DNA of 64,000 nucleotides from Candidatus Kaiserbacteria bacterium (GTDB lineage Bacteria; Patescibacteriota; Minisyncoccia; Phycocordibacterales; UBA2100): NCBI GenBank assembly GCA_028286585.1, contig JAQBRI010000005.1, positions 13,973 to 77,972 of the forward strand, read 5' to 3'. Shown piece by piece: positions 59,619 to 64,000 of this stretch (position 1 is its first letter; each line of letters starts with the position of its first letter). The notes under the pieces were generated by a model. It saw only the letters and a program-made list of their open reading frames with translations, ran no database searches and was not told where the DNA came from. The position numbers and the translations under genes were made by a program.

Positions 59619-60878
59619 ATGATGTTTTCCAGCAATGTATTTATTTTATATGATAAACTCACAATACGTATGAGAAATAGGTCACAGGCTCGATCACACA
59701 AACATGCAGAGGTTACCCTGTTTTCAAGAAACATATTCGGAACTTTACTTGTTACATTCGCACTTATTGTCGTTGCATTGTTTTTTATCTGGTATTTCAC
59801 TCGCACACCTTCGTTACAATTTGACCGGCATGTGCTTGCGGCGACCAGCTCGAGCTCAACTACGGCAAACATGCCGCTGTCACTCGATAAAATTGCGTAC
59901 GACAAAAAAATGTTCCAGCTTGCCAATTATGCACCTGTGCGCACTACTGCAAGTTCTAGCACAACGAAAGGAATGGGCACATCAACAAGTATAGTGAACT
60001 ATATGCCTTTGCTTTCACAAGACGCTGCATTTACTGCAACCTCTACAAATCCAAAACAAATCTGGCCGCCAAAAACGATGTACCCAAACTACGGTGCGAT
60101 CCTTCCATCTCACCGCGTTATTGCATATTATGGAAACTTTTATTCCAAAGGAATGGGCGTATTGGGTGAATATTCCGAAGATATCGTATTAGCAAAATTA
60201 CAAAAAGAAATTGCAGCGTGGAATAAAGCAGATCCAACTACTCCGGTGCTTCCCGCTATTGATTATATTGCGGTAACTGCCCAAGGCTCAGCAGGTAGGG
60301 ACGGAAAGTATCGTGCACGTATGCCTGACTCGCAGATAGATCATGCAATAGAAATGGCTAACAAAATAAATGGCATTGTTATTCTTGATGTGCAGGTAGG
60401 ATTGAGCACGCCAGAGATCGAAGTGCCTCTTTTGGAAAAATATCTCAAAATGCCTAACGTACATTTAGCGCTCGATCCGGAATTTGAAATGCATAATGGA
60501 GAGAAACCTGGAAGCGTTGTTGGCGTAACAGACGCAAAGGATATAAATTTTGTTGCACAATATCTTGCAAAGTTAGTGCGAGACAATAATTTGCCACCAA
60601 AAATTTTGATCGTGCATCGTTTTAAATCATATATGGTTACAAGTGTAAGCAAAATTAAACCGTTACCCGAGGTGCAAATCGTAATGGATATGGACGGATG
60701 GGGCTCACCCGAGAGAAAGATTGATACGTATCAGTACTGTATCGTGCCGCAGCCGGTACAATTTGCTGGATTTAAAATCTTTTATAAAAATGATTTGCGT
60801 GCACCAAGTACTCGCCTACTTACACCAGCCGACGTCTTGAAGCTTCAACCACAACCAATTTTTATACAGTATCAGTAG
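59619..60878 (+). CDS. N-terminally anchored exported protein (419 aa), function unknown (possibly glycoside-hydrolase-like TIM barrel)
   Basis: The product has a TM helix (LLVTFALIVVALFFIWYF) and then a Ser/Thr-rich linker. The domain has VILDVQVG…ILIVHRF beta-strand/acidic patterns. The assignment is unconfirmed. Confidence 0.4.
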   Translation: MMFSSNVFILYDKLTIRMRNRSQARSHKHAEVTLFSRNIFGTLLVTFALIVVALFFIWYFTRTPSLQFDRHVLAATSSSSTTANMPLSLDKIAYDKKMFQLANYAPVRTTASSSTTKGMGTSTSIVNYMPLLSQDAAFTATSTNPKQIWPPKTMYPNYGAILPSHRVIAYYGNFYSKGMGVLGEYSEDIVLAKLQKEIAAWNKADPTTPVLPAIDYIAVTAQGSAGRDGKYRARMPDSQIDHAIEMANKINGIVILDVQVGLSTPEIEVPLLEKYLKMPNVHLALDPEFEMHNGEKPGSVVGVTDAKDINFVAQYLAKLVRDNNLPPKILIVHRFKSYMVTSVSKIKPLPEVQIVMDMDGWGSPERKIDTYQYCIVPQPVQFAGFKIFYKNDLRAPSTRLLTPADVLKLQPQPIFIQYQ

Positions 60879-60905
60879 TCTTGCGATCGGACTTTTATTT
60901 TAGCT

Positions 60906-62126
60906 TTGCTGAGGTCTGACCTCGCTCGGCTGTTTTACATATTGCTTTTTTGTGGTATAATCATTTTAGGTAATGAATTAGGTTTGGAGATCATCGAAAT
61001 GCACACATTCAAGCGAGTTACTACCCTGGCGATCATCATCGCAATTTTGGGCGCTTCGCTTTCCTTTCTCTTCGGAGGAGGAAAAACGCTCGAACGCCGA
61101 ATCGCAGAAATCACTACGGTCGATCAGTCGGACACAGTGTGCCCGATTAATCCCGCGCTCTTGGATTCGATCTCGACCGAGCTTCTGCAGATTTGTGGAA
61201 ACTTTGGCGTGATTGGTTACGACGCGGCCAAGCGATATTCAAATGCTGCCCGGGTGTTTGACACCTACGGCGAATTTCCTGAGTTTCGCGAAGTGCTCGA
61301 CACGTACGGCCACCAGGTCGTACCGGTGATTGAGTACTTTATGGACAACGGCTCGAAGTGGATGCGGACACAAGCGACAGTCGCAGACATTTGGCGGCAG
61401 ATAAAAAGAGGTGGAGATGTAAATCTTACGCCCGCTCCGCCGACGCCCGAACAATATGGGCTCATGACGATCATGGCGATCAAAACCGAAGGCCATGACT
61501 TTCTCGGGCAATTTGTCTTTAAAGACGGCGAAGTGTCACAGGTGCAGCTTGATCGTATGTGGAACACCTTGAAAAAGGTGCTCACAGGCGGCCTCATCAA
61601 CGTTGAACGAAAGGCGCGTCGAGGAGATGCTATTTCGTTCAAAGACGGGGCCATGGCTGCGCTTGATGTTGCGATCATTGGTGGAACCACGCTTAAAGTG
61701 GTAACGGCGCTGCGCGAAATGCGCATTGCTGCTGCCGGTGTGCGTGACATCACCGAGGCCGAACGACTTGTCGTCGCCGGTAACTCTCTGACCAAATCTG
61801 CGCAGTTTATCGCTGCAAAGAGCTGGGGCGTTACCAGAGTTGTGGCACCTGTTGCACTCGTCTACGTGATGGTGCGACATCCCACGGCGATCCCTGCTGC
61901 AGGCAGATGGATAGCGTGGCTACTCGGTTTACCCGAGTGGGTTGGAGTCGTTGGCATATGGGCAGCAGTCGGACTCTTTATTTCGGCTTTGCTCACACCC
62001 ATTTCGCTTTTGCTCAAAGTCTTTGGACTATCCATTCGACTTACACGCATGTGCCATCGCGCATGCGTCTGGGCGGCGAACAAAACGACGGTGACCACAA
62101 CACACCAAGTCGTTCGCGAAACATAA
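60906..62126 (+). CDS. hypothetical membrane protein (about 53% GC), likely start MHTFKR at nt 60999
   Basis: The product has an N-terminal TM helix, a soluble middle, and C-terminal TM helices (WIAWLLGLPEWVGVVGIWAAVGLFISALL). Confidence 0.4.
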   Translation: MLRSDLARLFYILLFCGIIILGNELGLEIIEMHTFKRVTTLAIIIAILGASLSFLFGGGKTLERRIAEITTVDQSDTVCPINPALLDSISTELLQICGNFGVIGYDAAKRYSNAARVFDTYGEFPEFREVLDTYGHQVVPVIEYFMDNGSKWMRTQATVADIWRQIKRGGDVNLTPAPPTPEQYGLMTIMAIKTEGHDFLGQFVFKDGEVSQVQLDRMWNTLKKVLTGGLINVERKARRGDAISFKDGAMAALDVAIIGGTTLKVVTALREMRIAAAGVRDITEAERLVVAGNSLTKSAQFIAAKSWGVTRVVAPVALVYVMVRHPTAIPAAGRWIAWLLGLPEWVGVVGIWAAVGLFISALLTPISLLLKVFGLSIRLTRMCHRACVWAANKTTVTTTHQVVRET

Positions 62127-62160
62127 TCACTGCACTTCAAAAATGTTCTTTCAAACTTCT

Positions 62161-62194
62161 GGGCGGGATCATCATGATCCCGCCCACTTTTTTT
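62161..62194 (+). terminator. rho-independent terminator
   Basis: The hairpin gggcgggatc-atcat-gatcccgccc is followed by cttttttt. Confidence 0.6.
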
Positions 62195-62247
62195 GCCCAT
62201 TTCTTTTATAGAGGACTAAAAATTGGAATGCGTTATACTAGGTGGTA

Positions 62248-64000
62248 ATGAGCAGCCAGTTTTCACATCTCCACGTCCACTCCCACTATTCACTACTTGA
62301 GGCATTGGCCAAGGTAGAAGACCTTGTCGACGCAGCAGTGGCCGACGGGCAAACAAGTCTCGCACTTACCGACAACGGCAATATGTATGCCTCAATCGAT
62401 ATGTACAAGGCCTGCAAAAAAGCCGGCATCAATCCTATTATTGGTGTCGATTTTTTTGTTGCACCTCGACGCCGGCAAGATCAGGAACATCGGGTTGATG
62501 ATCATACGTTTCGATTGGTTTTACTTGCCAAGGATTTTGTTGGATATCAAAACTTAATGAAGCTGGTATCGCGATCGTATACCGAAGGTTTCTTCCACCG
62601 ACCGCGGCTCGACCGCGAACTCATACAAGAACTCCGCGAAGGACTTATTGCAATACTGCCATCGATTGACGGCGAGCACGCTCGCGCAATGCATGACAAT
62701 GCAGCAGACCGCGCGGGAGAAGTACTTGATTGGTACAAAAAAATATTCGGCGAGGATTTGTTTGTCGAGATCACGCGGCATCCAAACATTCCTGGACACG
62801 AAGCCAACATGCAAAAAATTATTGCAAAATCCCGCGAACAATCCATACCAATTGTTGCCACGCACGACGTGTACTACATGCAGCCGGATGACGCGACCGC
62901 ACACAAACTTGTTGACCATATCCGCACAGGCACAGTATTGAACCGCGATGTTGATGCAGCCGAAATAGATCATTCGTTTGTAACGCAAGAGCAAATGTAT
63001 GCATTGTTTGCTGATTTGCCTGATGCAATTGCAAATACGCAGGTTATTGCGGAGCGCTGCAATCTCGAACTCGTGTTGGGCAAAGCAATATTTCCTGTGT
63101 TTCCAATTCCAGAGGGCACGACAGACAATGCCGAGCTGCGCAAACTGGCCGAATCTGGCATAGCAATGCGTGGGTTTACAGAAAACGAAATTTTGCGTAC
63201 ACGTATCGAATACGAACTCGGTATTATCGAGAAAAAAGGCTATGCGTCATACTTTCTTATCGTCGCCGACTTGCTGCGCTTTGCACGCGAATCAGGCATT
63301 TATACCAACACTCGAGGCAGCGCCGCTGGATCTCTTGTCTCTTATTTGTGCGGTATCACCACCGTTGATCCTATTAAATTCAATATGCCCTTTGAGCGAT
63401 TTCTCAATCCAGAGCGACCGTCGGCTCCGGATATTGATATGGATATTGCCGATGATCGCCGTGACGAACTGATAGATTACGCACGCCGCACCTATGACAA
63501 CGATCACGTTGTGCAAATCGGAACCTTTGGCACGATGCTTGCGCGCGCTGCGGTACGAGATGTTTCTCGCGCATTGGGATTTTCTTATGGTATTGGCGAT
63601 AAAATTGCAAAGATGATTCCCTTTCCTAAACAGGGATTTCCGGTATATATCAAAGGCGCACTCGAAGAAGTCCCCGAACTTGCAGAGGTGTACAAACGCG
63701 ACGGTGATGCGCGCGATATCATAGACCTCGCACTTAAAGTTGAGGGTAACGCGCGGCACGTTGGCGTTCATGCGGCCGGCGTTATTATTGCACCAGCTTC
63801 GGTTGTATCGTTTACTCCCATTCAGCCAGACCCAAAAGGCGGCAAAACAATCACACAATATGATATGTATTCAATTACCGACGAATATGGCGGCGTTGGG
63901 CTTCTGAAGTTCGACTTTTTGGGACTCAAAAACCTTTCTGTTTTGGCCGACTCCGTATTGCGAGTAAAGACACGGCTCGACACCATTGTTGATCTCGAAA
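62248..64000 (+). CDS. dnaE: DNA polymerase III alpha subunit, 5' portion (continues past window end)
   Basis: The ORF is open to the end of the window. The PHP domain N-terminus is FSHLHVHSHYSLLEALAKVEDL…LALTDNGNMYASIDMYKACKKAGINPIIGVD. The polymerase core motifs follow: ADDRRDELIDYARRTYDNDHVVQIGTFGTM… and GRHVGVHAAGVIIAP. Confidence 0.9.
   Translation, partial: MSSQFSHLHVHSHYSLLEALAKVEDLVDAAVADGQTSLALTDNGNMYASIDMYKACKKAGINPIIGVDFFVAPRRRQDQEHRVDDHTFRLVLLAKDFVGYQNLMKLVSRSYTEGFFHRPRLDRELIQELREGLIAILPSIDGEHARAMHDNAADRAGEVLDWYKKIFGEDLFVEITRHPNIPGHEANMQKIIAKSREQSIPIVATHDVYYMQPDDATAHKLVDHIRTGTVLNRDVDAAEIDHSFVTQEQMYALFADLPDAIANTQVIAERCNLELVLGKAIFPVFPIPEGTTDNAELRKLAESGIAMRGFTENEILRTRIEYELGIIEKKGYASYFLIVADLLRFARESGIYTNTRGSAAGSLVSYLCGITTVDPIKFNMPFERFLNPERPSAPDIDMDIADDRRDELIDYARRTYDNDHVVQIGTFGTMLARAAVRDVSRALGFSYGIGDKIAKMIPFPKQGFPVYIKGALEEVPELAEVYKRDGDARDIIDLALKVEGNARHVGVHAAGVIIAPASVVSFTPIQPDPKGGKTITQYDMYSITDEYGGVGLLKFDFLGLKNLSVLADSVLRVKTRLDTIVDLE

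Overview
This 64-kb window comes from a low-GC (about 42–45% GC) bacterial chromosome with compact, mostly housekeeping gene organisation. Several core proteins are noticeably short (UvrC 430 aa, UvrA 873 aa, PheS 243 aa). The genetic code looks standard, and a release factor with RF1-type PAT and GGQ motifs is present. The gene content fits a reduced-genome, Gram-positive-like or CPR/Patescibacteria-type organism, but this is an inference and the lineage cannot be proven from the window.

Core content:
- an RND efflux pair (membrane fusion protein plus AcrB-like permease)
- atpD and atpC without other atp genes nearby
- ddl, and uvrC, uvrA, murB, uvrB on one strand
- tgt and tyrS
- lysS
- four tRNAs: Ala-TGC, Met-CAT, initiator fMet-CAT, Thr-TGT
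- gatC and gatA
- a sortase
- gyrB
- pheS and pheT
- a GT2 processive glycosyltransferase
- tsf and rpsB
- prfA
- rpmE
- rplY
- fba
- the 5' part of dnaE

Accessory content:
1. A tail-fibre-like 867-aa protein with a C-terminal intramolecular-chaperone (peptidase S74-like, SDERLK) domain and a GWINF-repeat surface protein, both directly upstream of atpDC.
2. Two paralogous surface proteins (554 and 467 aa) built from short tandem Tyr/Ser/Asp-rich repeats (20 copies of DSSYSPSY in one), each with an Asn8 tract and a shared C-terminal IPYTG–TM–basic tail that looks like a sortase sorting signal.
3. Short GC-rich islands (roughly 53–73% GC, against the 42–45% backbone) encoding small secreted or membrane proteins. 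One carries two genes with a shared operator-like leader. Another carries a tandem family with a recurring Cys motif (IRxF…GG…L..WC..QGG.M.GNQCI).
4. A PaaX/Cas2-fold gene flanked by 38-bp attC-like palindromic direct repeats.
5. A large charged protein split into two ORFs by a +1 frameshift at an A7 homopolymer.

No CRISPR array, rRNA or recognisable transposase was seen.
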